Positions 19,782-28,499 of a DNA stretch of 48,642 nucleotides are shown piece after piece (the stretch's first letter is position 1; each line of letters starts with the position of its first letter). A program made the position numbers and the translations under genes. Source of the DNA: Acidobacteriota bacterium (GTDB lineage: Bacteria; Acidobacteriota; Polarisedimenticolia; Gp22-AA2); the NCBI GenBank assembly GCA_031394595.1, contig JANNTZ010000269.1:1-48642 (forward strand). The letters are read 5' to 3'. The notes beneath the pieces were generated by a model. It was given only the letters and a program-made list of their open reading frames with translations. It was not told the DNA's origin and ran no database searches.

Positions 19782-19895
19782 ACATATGTAATCATATATA
19801 ACTACATATGTTACAGGAGTAATATTCCTCAGAATTTCCACTAGGTCAATGAGTAAATTCGTAATCTTGACTGCCTACCTGCCCAACCCAATATT
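19782..19895. promoter_or_regulatory. AT-rich divergent promoter region with a 9-bp inverted repeat operator candidate
   Basis: acatatgta-N12-tacatatgt (19782-19811); minus TTGACC-N17-AATATT (19849-19821); plus TTGACT-N17-AATATT (19867-19895). Confidence 0.5.
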
Positions 19896-19951
19896 GATGT
19901 TGTTGCAGGAGTTCCGGCGGAAAACGCCTCACCGGATCAGGACGGGACACT

Positions 19952-21703
19952 TTGCCGACCAGCGGGACCAGCGGGCAGCGGACCGGTGATTTCCAGGCCG
20001 CCGGGTCCTCCCCGGACACATTCGAGAGAGCCTGCCGCCAGATGGCGGCGTTCAGCCGATCGGCCAGCCGGATCGTCCAGGAGGATGACCTCAATGCAGC
20101 CTGCCGGGTCTTCCTGGAGGCGATCCGCGAGCACTCCGGGTATGGGCGAGCGATCCTGACCCTTCTCGACGAGGCCGGTCGCGACATCCAATGGCTTTTC
20201 GCCGGCTGCGACGACGCCACCATCGATCATTTCCACCGCCACCGGATGACGTCGGCGCAGCGCGCGGCAGCGCTGCACGAGCGCTATCGTGCCGGCGGGT
20301 CCTTCGTCGTGCCCTCCACCGACGCGATCGGTCACGGCGGCCTGCCGGCTCCCCCACCGTCAGGGATGACGCCGCCGCTGCTTTTCGTGCCGCTGCACGG
20401 GTCGAAGGGAGCCCTGGCCGGGACGCTCATGCTGGATCGACCGCACGCGGGGGACGCGCCGGACGCCGCATCTCTGTCCCCCCTCGAATTGTTCGCCAGT
20501 CAGATGGCCCACGCCATCGAGAAGAAACGGTTTGACCATGCGGTACGGTCGATGCAGACCCGGCTGCGCGCGGCGCAGGAACAGCTCATGCAGGCCGAGA
20601 AGCTGTCGGCGATCGGTCAACTGGTCTCCGGCGTCGCGCACGAACTGAACAACCCCCTGGCCGGCATCATGGGGTTCGCCCAGCTGATCCTGAAGAGCGA
20701 GACGAACCCGCAGGTTCGGAAGAACCTCGACCGGATCTACAACGAAGCAGTCCGTTGCCAGAGGATCGTCCAGAACCTGCTGGGCTTCTCCCGCCATCAT
20801 AAGCCGGAGAAAGCCGGCGGCAGCCTGAACGCCGTGCTGGACAGCGTGCTGGATCTGCGTGAGAACCAGCTCCAGGCAGACAACATCGAGGTGATCCGGC
20901 GCTATGCCCCAGCTCTGCCGCGGACGATGTTCGATTTCCACCAGATGCAGCAGGTCATCCTGAATGTCGTCAACAACGCCCACCAGGCGATGCTCGACAA
21001 CGGCGATCGAGACCGGCGTCTGACGGTGGCCACCGCCCGCGACGGTCCGGTGCTGCGTGCCAGCTTCACCGATACCGGCCCCGGGATCGCCGCCGACCGC
21101 CTCGCATCGATTTTCGAACCGTTCTACACGACCAAGAAGGAAGGGAAGGGGACCGGGCTGGGATTGAGCGTGTCGCGCGGCATCATGCGCGATCACCAGG
21201 GGATCATGCGGGCCACGAGCGTCGTGGGCGAGGGGACCACCTTCATCGTGGACCTGCCAATCGTCGAGGTCCCCGGGGCGGTGGTGGCGGCGGAGCAGCC
21301 CGGGGCCGCGAGCATCGCGTCACGCCCGCTGCGCCTGCTGGTCGTGGACGACGAGCCGGTCCTGGTGGACCTCCTGGCCGAGTTCCTCGAGTCCGCCGGT
21401 CACAGCGTGGACGAAGCGCGCGACGGCGTGCGGGGCCTGGAAATGGCGCGCGCCGGGAACTACGACGCCATCCTGACTGACCTCAAAATGCCCGGGCTCG
21501 ATGGCCAGGGATTCTACGAACGGCTCGTCCAGGAGCGCCCGGCAATGGCCCGCCGGTTCATCTTCTCGACCGGCGACCTCGCCAACCCGAAGGTCCAGAC
21601 CTTCTTCCAGAAAACCGGCTGTCTGTACCTCTGCAAGCCTTTCAAGCTCGAAGCGGTGCTGCAGATCCTCGACGAACTGATGCGAACCCGGCACGCCGCA
21701 TAA
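19952..21703 (+). CDS. Hybrid sensor histidine kinase (GAF-like, HisKA, HATPase, receiver)
   Basis: AEKLSAIGQLVSGVAHELNNPL, NVVNNA, DTGPG, FEPFYTTK..GTGLGL, VVDDE..DLKMP..KPF; start uncertain. Confidence 0.92.
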   Translation: MPTSGTSGQRTGDFQAAGSSPDTFERACRQMAAFSRSASRIVQEDDLNAACRVFLEAIREHSGYGRAILTLLDEAGRDIQWLFAGCDDATIDHFHRHRMTSAQRAAALHERYRAGGSFVVPSTDAIGHGGLPAPPPSGMTPPLLFVPLHGSKGALAGTLMLDRPHAGDAPDAASLSPLELFASQMAHAIEKKRFDHAVRSMQTRLRAAQEQLMQAEKLSAIGQLVSGVAHELNNPLAGIMGFAQLILKSETNPQVRKNLDRIYNEAVRCQRIVQNLLGFSRHHKPEKAGGSLNAVLDSVLDLRENQLQADNIEVIRRYAPALPRTMFDFHQMQQVILNVVNNAHQAMLDNGDRDRRLTVATARDGPVLRASFTDTGPGIAADRLASIFEPFYTTKKEGKGTGLGLSVSRGIMRDHQGIMRATSVVGEGTTFIVDLPIVEVPGAVVAAEQPGAASIASRPLRLLVVDDEPVLVDLLAEFLESAGHSVDEARDGVRGLEMARAGNYDAILTDLKMPGLDGQGFYERLVQERPAMARRFIFSTGDLANPKVQTFFQKTGCLYLCKPFKLEAVLQILDELMRTRHAA

Positions 21704-21721
21704 GAGCCTGTCCGGTGCGCG

Positions 21722-21750
21722 TTGACTGGCGCGCCGTTCCGCCGTACCTT
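21722..21750 (+). promoter_or_regulatory. Putative sigma70 promoter TTGACT-N17-TACCTT
   Basis: Lies just upstream of GTG 21760, which supports that start. Confidence 0.5.
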
Positions 21751-21759
21751 TCGTGCCCC

Positions 21760-24621
21760 GTGATCCGCTTCTCCCGGTCCCTCCGCCTCCTGGCCGCCGC
21801 AGCGTGTGTGGCGGCTTCGGTCACCCCCGGTGTCACCGGGATCCACGCCGAGGACCCGGGTGGCGTGCGCCTCGAGACGCGCGTCGTCGGCAGCGCTGGC
21901 GCGGATCAGCGCGAGAACGTGGATCGGAGGGAGGGTGAGAAACCAGGCGATGAGGCAGTCGCGCTGGTCCGCAAGGGGAATGCCGCCCGGCAGGCCGGGC
22001 GACTCCGGGAGGCCGTTGCCTCGTTCCGGCGGGCCGCCGTGCTGGCGCCCCGCCATTATGAGATCCGGGTCCTGCTGGCGGACACCCTGCGCCGGGTCGG
22101 GCGGGACGAGGAGGCGCTGGCCGAGTACGGGCGGGCCGGTGAAATCGATCCAACCCGCGCCGGCGCCTGGACCGGGCGGGCGCTGATCCTCAGGCACCGG
22201 CAGGATTACGAGTCCGCGGTCGCCGTGCTCCGGGAAGGCCTGGTCAAGGTCCGCGCTGACGATCGTGACGCGCTGCGCCTGACGCTCGCCGAGACCTGGC
22301 GCCGCCAGGGACATTCGGTCGACGCGGCGCAATTGTTCCGGGAGATCGTGACCGCGCGCCCCGACGACCCCCAGGCCCGTGCCGGTCTGGCGCGGGTTGC
22401 CGAGGACCGGGGCGATCTCGATGGGGCGATCTCAGGCTGGGACGATTACCTGGCGCTGCGGCAGGATGACGAAGCGGTCTTCCTGCGGCGCCGCTCCGTC
22501 GCTGATCTGCGGGCAGCGATCCTGGCCCTCGAAGCGACCGTTGCCGCCCGCAGCACCCCCGGGCCGGCCGGGCGGGATGGCGACGGTGCCCGGCCCGATC
22601 CGTCCACGAGGACCCGTGATCTCGCCGCGCTCTGGGAGGAGATCGGGAGACTCCGGGGCGTCGCCGGCGACACGCGTGGTGCGGCCGACGCCTGCGGCCA
22701 GGCGCTGGAGATCGACCCCGCCCGTAACGCGGCCCGGCGCCGGCTGGCGCTGGCGTTGCGAGGTCTCGATCCGGTGGCTGCGGCGCGCGAGTTCCGGCAC
22801 CTCCTCAAGGCGGTGCCCGGCGACGGAGTGGCGCTCTACAACTTGGTTGTGCTGGCCGCCGCAGGGGGCGATAAGACCGAAGAGCGTCGGGCGTGGCGGA
22901 CTTTGCTCGAGGCCCGGCCCCGTGACCTTGCGGCGGCCCGGGCCTTCGTCGCCCAACTCTCCGGCTCCGGCCGCGAGGTGTTGCTGAAGGAAGCGGGACG
23001 GATTCCCGGCGACGGTGGGATGTCGAACGGCGACGATGTGGGGCGAACCGCGGCCCGCCTGGCGCTGCGCGCGATGTTGCTGGAGGCGGCCGGGCGTGGC
23101 AACGAGGCGGCGGCAGCGCTCCTCGTCGCACTGCGGTCCGATCCAACCGATCCCTGGGTGCTCGATGCCGCCTCCGACCTGTTTGCGGCGCGGCCGGCCT
23201 TCCTGGAACAGGTGGCTGCGCTGTGGCGCGCCGGCGCTTCCGCCGACCCGGCCGCCGCGGGCGGCGCGGCCGATGCCGTGCTGCGGGGCAGGCTGCTGTG
23301 GTGGGCCGGCCGCACTGGCGAAGCGATCGCCGAGTTGCAGCGGGCGGTCGTGGAACACCCTGCGGCGCCGGTGGCGAGGGCCGCACTGGCCGAGGCGTAC
23401 CGTGCGATCGGGCACCGGCCGGACCTGGCGCTCGGGGAACGGATCCGGACGGTGGGCCTTGCCGGGGCGCGACTGAGCGACCACGTCGACCTTGCCCTGG
23501 GGCTCCTGGAGTCGGGCCGGCCGGGCCGCGCCGAAGCGGTCGCCCGTCAGACTCTCGACCGCTGGCCCGGGACCGCGCCCGCGCTGTCGGTGCTGGGCGC
23601 AGCTCTCCTGGAGCAAGGGCGGCTCGAGGAGGCGGCCGCCATGATGGCAGCCGCAATCGAGGCCGACCCGATCGACTTCTTCGGCCTGGCAAGCGGCCGG
23701 TACCCGTTGCTGCTCGCGGCGCTCGGCCGGCACCTCGAAGCGCGCCACGCCCTGCGCGGCGACGTCCCGCCGATCCCGGCCCTGGTGTATGGCGAAGCCT
23801 GGAAGTTCGCCCGCGATCTGTTTCGCGATCGGTCCTACCGGGACCAGGACTGGAACCGCTGGCGCACGGCCGGCGCGACGGTCCGGACGCCGGGGGAGGC
23901 CTGGCGGGCCGTCGCCCTGATGCTCCGGAGCCTTGAAGACCCGTACACCCGGCTGCGGGACCCGGAGGAGACCGAAGCGGCCTGGCTCGGGCCGCGCGGG
24001 GAGAACATCGCGTTCGACCGGGTCGGTCGGTCGCGCCCTTACAGCCGGACGGTGGTTGTCGAGGACCGGGGCGAACTCGGCTACATCCGGCTGAGCAACC
24101 TCAGCGACCCCATGGTTGTGGAGGAGGTGCGCGCCGCCCTTCTCGCGTTGCGTGAGAAGGCGGGGATCATCCTCGATCTCCGTGGAAACCCCGGCGGCTT
24201 CTCGCACGCCGCCGACGCCATCGGCGATCTGATTGTCGGGCCCGGCCGGAAGTCGGGCGTCGATGTCGGCCCGGAAGGGATGGAGGATCAGATCACCGGT
24301 GGTGAGGGGGCCATCACCGGGGCCCCGATGACCGTCCTGGTCGACGAGCAGACCGCCAGCGCGGCGGAGCGGCTGGCCCGCACTCTGCAGGAGAGCGGGC
24401 GGGCGACACTCGAAGGGACCTCCACGCACGGCAAGGGGCTGGCCCAGATGTCCCGCGTTCTCCCCGGGGGCATGACGGTCCTGGTCTCGGTCGCCGAAAT
24501 GCTCGGACCCGACGGTCGTCCGGTCCAGGGCGAGGGGCTGACGCCACGCCCGAAACGGCAACCGGGCGATGACCCCGGCCCCGCCCTGCCAGCGCCCCCC
24601 GCCACTCCCCCCCGCCCCTGA
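21760..24621 (+). CDS. Secreted TPR-repeat protein with C-terminal S41 (CtpA/tail-specific protease-like) domain
   Basis: Signal peptide; many TPR-like helices; LEDPYTR, GYIRL, ILDLRGNPGG, TASAAE, GKG. Confidence 0.8.
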   Translation: MIRFSRSLRLLAAAACVAASVTPGVTGIHAEDPGGVRLETRVVGSAGADQRENVDRREGEKPGDEAVALVRKGNAARQAGRLREAVASFRRAAVLAPRHYEIRVLLADTLRRVGRDEEALAEYGRAGEIDPTRAGAWTGRALILRHRQDYESAVAVLREGLVKVRADDRDALRLTLAETWRRQGHSVDAAQLFREIVTARPDDPQARAGLARVAEDRGDLDGAISGWDDYLALRQDDEAVFLRRRSVADLRAAILALEATVAARSTPGPAGRDGDGARPDPSTRTRDLAALWEEIGRLRGVAGDTRGAADACGQALEIDPARNAARRRLALALRGLDPVAAAREFRHLLKAVPGDGVALYNLVVLAAAGGDKTEERRAWRTLLEARPRDLAAARAFVAQLSGSGREVLLKEAGRIPGDGGMSNGDDVGRTAARLALRAMLLEAAGRGNEAAAALLVALRSDPTDPWVLDAASDLFAARPAFLEQVAALWRAGASADPAAAGGAADAVLRGRLLWWAGRTGEAIAELQRAVVEHPAAPVARAALAEAYRAIGHRPDLALGERIRTVGLAGARLSDHVDLALGLLESGRPGRAEAVARQTLDRWPGTAPALSVLGAALLEQGRLEEAAAMMAAAIEADPIDFFGLASGRYPLLLAALGRHLEARHALRGDVPPIPALVYGEAWKFARDLFRDRSYRDQDWNRWRTAGATVRTPGEAWRAVALMLRSLEDPYTRLRDPEETEAAWLGPRGENIAFDRVGRSRPYSRTVVVEDRGELGYIRLSNLSDPMVVEEVRAALLALREKAGIILDLRGNPGGFSHAADAIGDLIVGPGRKSGVDVGPEGMEDQITGGEGAITGAPMTVLVDEQTASAAERLARTLQESGRATLEGTSTHGKGLAQMSRVLPGGMTVLVSVAEMLGPDGRPVQGEGLTPRPKRQPGDDPGPALPAPPATPPRP

Positions 24622-24921
24622 CCCGGCCGCAGTCAGCGCGGCGTCGCAGTCCGAGTGTGAATTCCGGGCGTAGGTGGCGGGACGCAGCGCGGCACAGCGA
24701 CCTCGAGCCGCGCCGGGCGCGTCGGTTGGGCGCCCCGTGGCCCGCGCGAGCGAGTGCGGAGCCACGCCGCGCTGCGGCCCGCCACCCGGGTCCGGGGCTC
24801 GCTCCGGGGCAGTCGGCGGTTGCACCACCCGGCACGGGCCGGTGACAGAATGCTGGAGGCTGGGGTACGATGCGCGTCCATCGAACGTTGCGAACGCCAA
24901 CGTCGTTCACAGGGGGAAGGC

Positions 24922-25476
24922 ATGCCCAAGAAGATCGGTATTCGTTTCGGCGAGGCGATGGTGGCGGGGAGCGAGGACTGGCTCTGGGTCGAGCCGGAGA
25001 TCACGATCGGCGAAATCGACGGTCCGGTCGGCCAGGCAATGGCCAACATGATGGGCCAGTCAGCCGGGTTCTCGCGCTTCTTCTGCCTGGTGGACGGCGG
25101 CAAGATGGTCAAGCCGGCGACGTTGATGGTCCCCAAGGTGCAGATCCGCAAGACCGCCGACGTGCAGGTGTTCGGCGGTCCGGTGCAGGCCGGAATCGCC
25201 GACGGCGTGCTCGACGCCGTCGAGTCAGGGCTGATCCCGAAGAACCGCGCCGAGGAGATCGGCATCATCGCGCTGGTGTGGGTCGACCCGCGTCTGTCGA
25301 ACATGCTGAAGGAAGCCAACTTCGACGAGCTCTATCGCAACAACCGCGCGGCGATGAAGGAAGCGATCGAGAAGGCCCTGAAGGGGAAGCCCTCGGTCCA
25401 GGACCTGCTCAAGGAGAACCGCAAGTCGCCGCGCCACATGTACTGGAACCGCGACGCGCGGAAATGGGAGCTCTGA
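24922..25476 (+). CDS. fae: Formaldehyde-activating enzyme family protein (divergent, lacking the canonical His)
   Basis: GEA.V, GPVGQAMAN, VKPATLMVPKV, GPVQAGIADGVLDAVESGLIP, LYRNN..AMKEAI..AL.GKPS. Confidence 0.8.
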   Translation: MPKKIGIRFGEAMVAGSEDWLWVEPEITIGEIDGPVGQAMANMMGQSAGFSRFFCLVDGGKMVKPATLMVPKVQIRKTADVQVFGGPVQAGIADGVLDAVESGLIPKNRAEEIGIIALVWVDPRLSNMLKEANFDELYRNNRAAMKEAIEKALKGKPSVQDLLKENRKSPRHMYWNRDARKWEL

Positions 25477-25515
25477 TCCGCACCGCCGCCTGATCCGCCA
25501 CGAGAGAGGTGACCC

Positions 25516-25872
25516 ATGCCCGAGAAACCGCCGACCATCCCGGATGAGACCGTTCAGACCCGGCTGGCAAAGGAACTCCCCGGCTGGACGTTCGAGAACG
25601 GCTGGATCCGGCGCAAGTACAGCACCGACGGCTGGCCGACGACGTTGATGTTGGTGAACGCCATCGCGTTTCTCAGCGAGGCGGCCTGGCACCATCCCGA
25701 TCTCGAAGTCACCTGGGGCAAAGTGTGGGTCAAGCTGAAGACCCACGTTTCCGGCGGCATCACCGAGCGCGACTTCGCGCTCGCGAAGGAAATCGAGAAG
25801 GCGGCGCTGTGGCGTCCGGGGACCGGTTCGGCCATGGAAGGGACTCCCAACAAATGGGTGCAGGCGAAGTGA
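25516..25872 (+). CDS. Pterin-4a-carbinolamine dehydratase family protein
   Basis: LPGW, EAAWHHPDL, THVSGGIT.RDF.LA; RBS gaggt. Confidence 0.88.
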   Translation: MPEKPPTIPDETVQTRLAKELPGWTFENGWIRRKYSTDGWPTTLMLVNAIAFLSEAAWHHPDLEVTWGKVWVKLKTHVSGGITERDFALAKEIEKAALWRPGTGSAMEGTPNKWVQAK

Positions 25873-25897
25873 GCGGGATCGCCACCCGGGCCGGCCG

Positions 25898-26371
25898 ATG
25901 ATCGCTGCCCTGCGCTACCTGCATCTGGTCGCGCTGGTCGTCTGGATCGGCGGGGTCATCTTTTTCTCGCTGGTGGCGGCGCCGACGCTGTTCCAGTCGT
26001 TGCCACGGGAGGTCGCCGGGCGGGCGACGTCGGTCATCTTTCCGCGCTACTACCTGGTGGGAGGGATCGCCGCCGGCGTCGCGTTGCTGACGGCGGCGGC
26101 CCGGGGACTGGTCGCCGGGCACTGGCCGCGGGCCCTGGTCATCGAGATCGTCCTGATCGCGCTGATGGGCGGCATGACGATCTACGCCGGCCAGGTGATC
26201 CTCCCGGAGGCGCAGCGGATCCGGGCCACGCTCCCCACCATCGAGGGGAGCCCGGAGCACCCCGTGGCCCAGGCGCGGTGGGCGGTCCTGCACCAGCGGT
26301 CCGTCCGGCTGAACGGTGCGGTCCTGCTCCTCGGCCTCGTCACCCTCTGGATCGTCGCGCAACGCCCCTGA
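25898..26371 (+). CDS. DUF4149/TMEM205-like membrane protein
   Basis: WIGG..FF...AAPTLF..L....AG.....FP.YY and LHQRSVRLN; four TM helices. Confidence 0.8.
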   Translation: MIAALRYLHLVALVVWIGGVIFFSLVAAPTLFQSLPREVAGRATSVIFPRYYLVGGIAAGVALLTAAARGLVAGHWPRALVIEIVLIALMGGMTIYAGQVILPEAQRIRATLPTIEGSPEHPVAQARWAVLHQRSVRLNGAVLLLGLVTLWIVAQRP

Positions 26372-26402
26372 TCGCGAGGCGGTCTCGCGGTATATTGATG
26401 CC

Positions 26403-28472
26403 ATGCCCGGGCGTCAGCGGTTCCCCGCACAGGACTTGATCCGCCAGGCGGCAAGCCGGCTCCGCGAGACGCGCCCGTTGATCCGGCTGGCGGCCGGTAC
26501 GATCGGCCTGACGATCGCCGCCCTCCTCCCCTGCCAGGCCCAGGTCCTGCGGGATCCCGCCCTGCAGGTCGAGACGGTGGTCACCGGGCTCAGTTCGCCC
26601 ACCAGCATGGCGTTCCTGGCGCCGGGCGATATCCTGGTCCTGCAGAAGAACGACGGCCGGGTGCGGCGGGTGATCGGTGGCCTCCTGCAGGCCGGGCCGG
26701 TCCTCGATGTCGCCGTCCACTTCTCCAGCGAGCGTGGCTTGCTCGGCATCGCGCTGGCGCCCGACTTCGCCCTCAGCCGGCATGTCTTCCTCTATTACAC
26801 GGAAAGCTCCAGCGGGGCGGACACCAGCCTGAGCAGTTCGACACCGCTCGGCAATCGGGTCTACCGCTACACCTGGGACGGCAGTCTGCTGGTGGACCCG
26901 GTGTTGATCCTCCACCTGCCGGTCACGACCGGACCCAACCACAACGGCGGCGTGATCGCCTTCGGTCCGGACGAGGCCCTCTACGTCGTCATCGGCGACC
27001 TCAATCGCAATGGCAAACTGCAGAATTACCCGGCCGGCCCCGACCCGGACGACGCCGGCGTCATCCTGCGGGTCGACCCGCGCGGCCAGGCGTTGTCCAC
27101 GAACCCGTTCTTCGACCCGGCGCGGCCGGCCGATCCGATGGGGCGTTACTTCGCCTACGGGGTGCGCAACTCCTTCGGCCTGGCGTTCGACCCGCTGACA
27201 GGTTCGCTCTGGGACACCGAGAACGGGCCGGCGAGCTTCGACGAGATCAACCGCGTGGTCCCCGGATTCAACAGCGGCTGGGAGCAGATCATGGGACCCG
27301 ACGCGCTCGATCCTCAGGGAACCCAGGACCTCTGGGTGGCGCCCGGATCGGTGTACCGCGACCCGGCATTCGCCTGGGCGGTGCCGGTGGCGCCGACCGC
27401 CCCGGTGTTCGTGCGTGGCCCCAACCTCGGCTGCGACCTGCAGAACGATCTGCTGGTCGCCGACAACAACTGCGGCCAGATCTACCGTTTCAACCTCGAT
27501 GCAGCGCGCACCGGCCTGTCGTTCACGTCGCCGGCGCTTCTCGACCGGGTCGCCAACAACACCGGCTGCGCCGGGGAGATGGACGAGATCCTATTCGGGA
27601 GCGGGTTCGGGACCGGGATCACCGATCTGGAGAACGGCCCGGACGGTCGCCTCTACATGGTCGCCCTGGGACGCGGCGTCATCTACCGGATCGGCCCCAA
27701 GCCCGGCGCCCTTGCCGACGGTGACGGCGACGGGGCGCCGGACGCCTGTGACTGCGCTCCCGGGAATGCGGGGGCATTCGCCCCGCCGGGGGAAGCCCGG
27801 CGTCTGAGCGTCGCCGAGGCGGGTGGGACGATGCTTGACTGGGACTCGCTGGCGCCGATCGCGGGCGCCGGCACCACCTACGACCTGGTGACCGGCGACG
27901 CGGCGACGCTGCGCCGCGACGGCGGCTTCGCTTCCGCCTGCACGCTGCGGGCCGGTGTTGCGGCGCCGTCGATCACCGACGCGTTGCCCGGGCCGGCGCC
28001 CGGTGCCGCCTCGCACTACCTGGTGCGCGCCGCCAACGTTTGCGGGACCGGCACCTTCGGCGACGGCACGCCGGTCCCGGACCCGCGCGACCTCCTGGAC
28101 ACGGCGCTTCCACCGGCCTGCCTGTGCGCCGATCGCACCGGCGGCGCCTTGATCACGTTCGGGATCGTGAACGAGTCGCTGACCGTCTGGATCACCGATC
28201 CGGTCTTCATCGACCGCGCCCTCGAACTCCTGGCCACCGGGACGCGCCAGGTCCCGATCTTCGGGACGCTCCTCGACGGCCGCGCCTGCGACCCGCAGTG
28301 GACCTGGCAGGTCGATCCGGCCGACGTGGTGTTCGCCGACGCCGCCATCGAGCTGTGCGACGGCCTCCCCTCCCACATCGAGGCCGACAAGGCGTACTGG
28401 CTGGGGACCGTCCGGTCATACTGTCCGTGGTCGGGGGTCGTCCGCGCGGTGGACGACCGCCGCGCCCCCTGA
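26403..28472 (+). CDS. PQQ-dependent glucose/sorbosone dehydrogenase-family beta-propeller fused to a Cys-containing module and a BP74-like domain
   Basis: PTSMAF, ERGLLGIAL, HNGG.IAFGPD, YGVRNSFG.AFD, TENGP...DEIN...GFNSGW; C-terminal W.W..DP..V.F....IELCDG.P..I...YCPW. Confidence 0.8.
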   Translation: MPGRQRFPAQDLIRQAASRLRETRPLIRLAAGTIGLTIAALLPCQAQVLRDPALQVETVVTGLSSPTSMAFLAPGDILVLQKNDGRVRRVIGGLLQAGPVLDVAVHFSSERGLLGIALAPDFALSRHVFLYYTESSSGADTSLSSSTPLGNRVYRYTWDGSLLVDPVLILHLPVTTGPNHNGGVIAFGPDEALYVVIGDLNRNGKLQNYPAGPDPDDAGVILRVDPRGQALSTNPFFDPARPADPMGRYFAYGVRNSFGLAFDPLTGSLWDTENGPASFDEINRVVPGFNSGWEQIMGPDALDPQGTQDLWVAPGSVYRDPAFAWAVPVAPTAPVFVRGPNLGCDLQNDLLVADNNCGQIYRFNLDAARTGLSFTSPALLDRVANNTGCAGEMDEILFGSGFGTGITDLENGPDGRLYMVALGRGVIYRIGPKPGALADGDGDGAPDACDCAPGNAGAFAPPGEARRLSVAEAGGTMLDWDSLAPIAGAGTTYDLVTGDAATLRRDGGFASACTLRAGVAAPSITDALPGPAPGAASHYLVRAANVCGTGTFGDGTPVPDPRDLLDTALPPACLCADRTGGALITFGIVNESLTVWITDPVFIDRALELLATGTRQVPIFGTLLDGRACDPQWTWQVDPADVVFADAAIELCDGLPSHIEADKAYWLGTVRSYCPWSGVVRAVDDRRAP

Positions 28473-28499
28473 TTGCCCAACACGAGGAGGATCCCCCTG

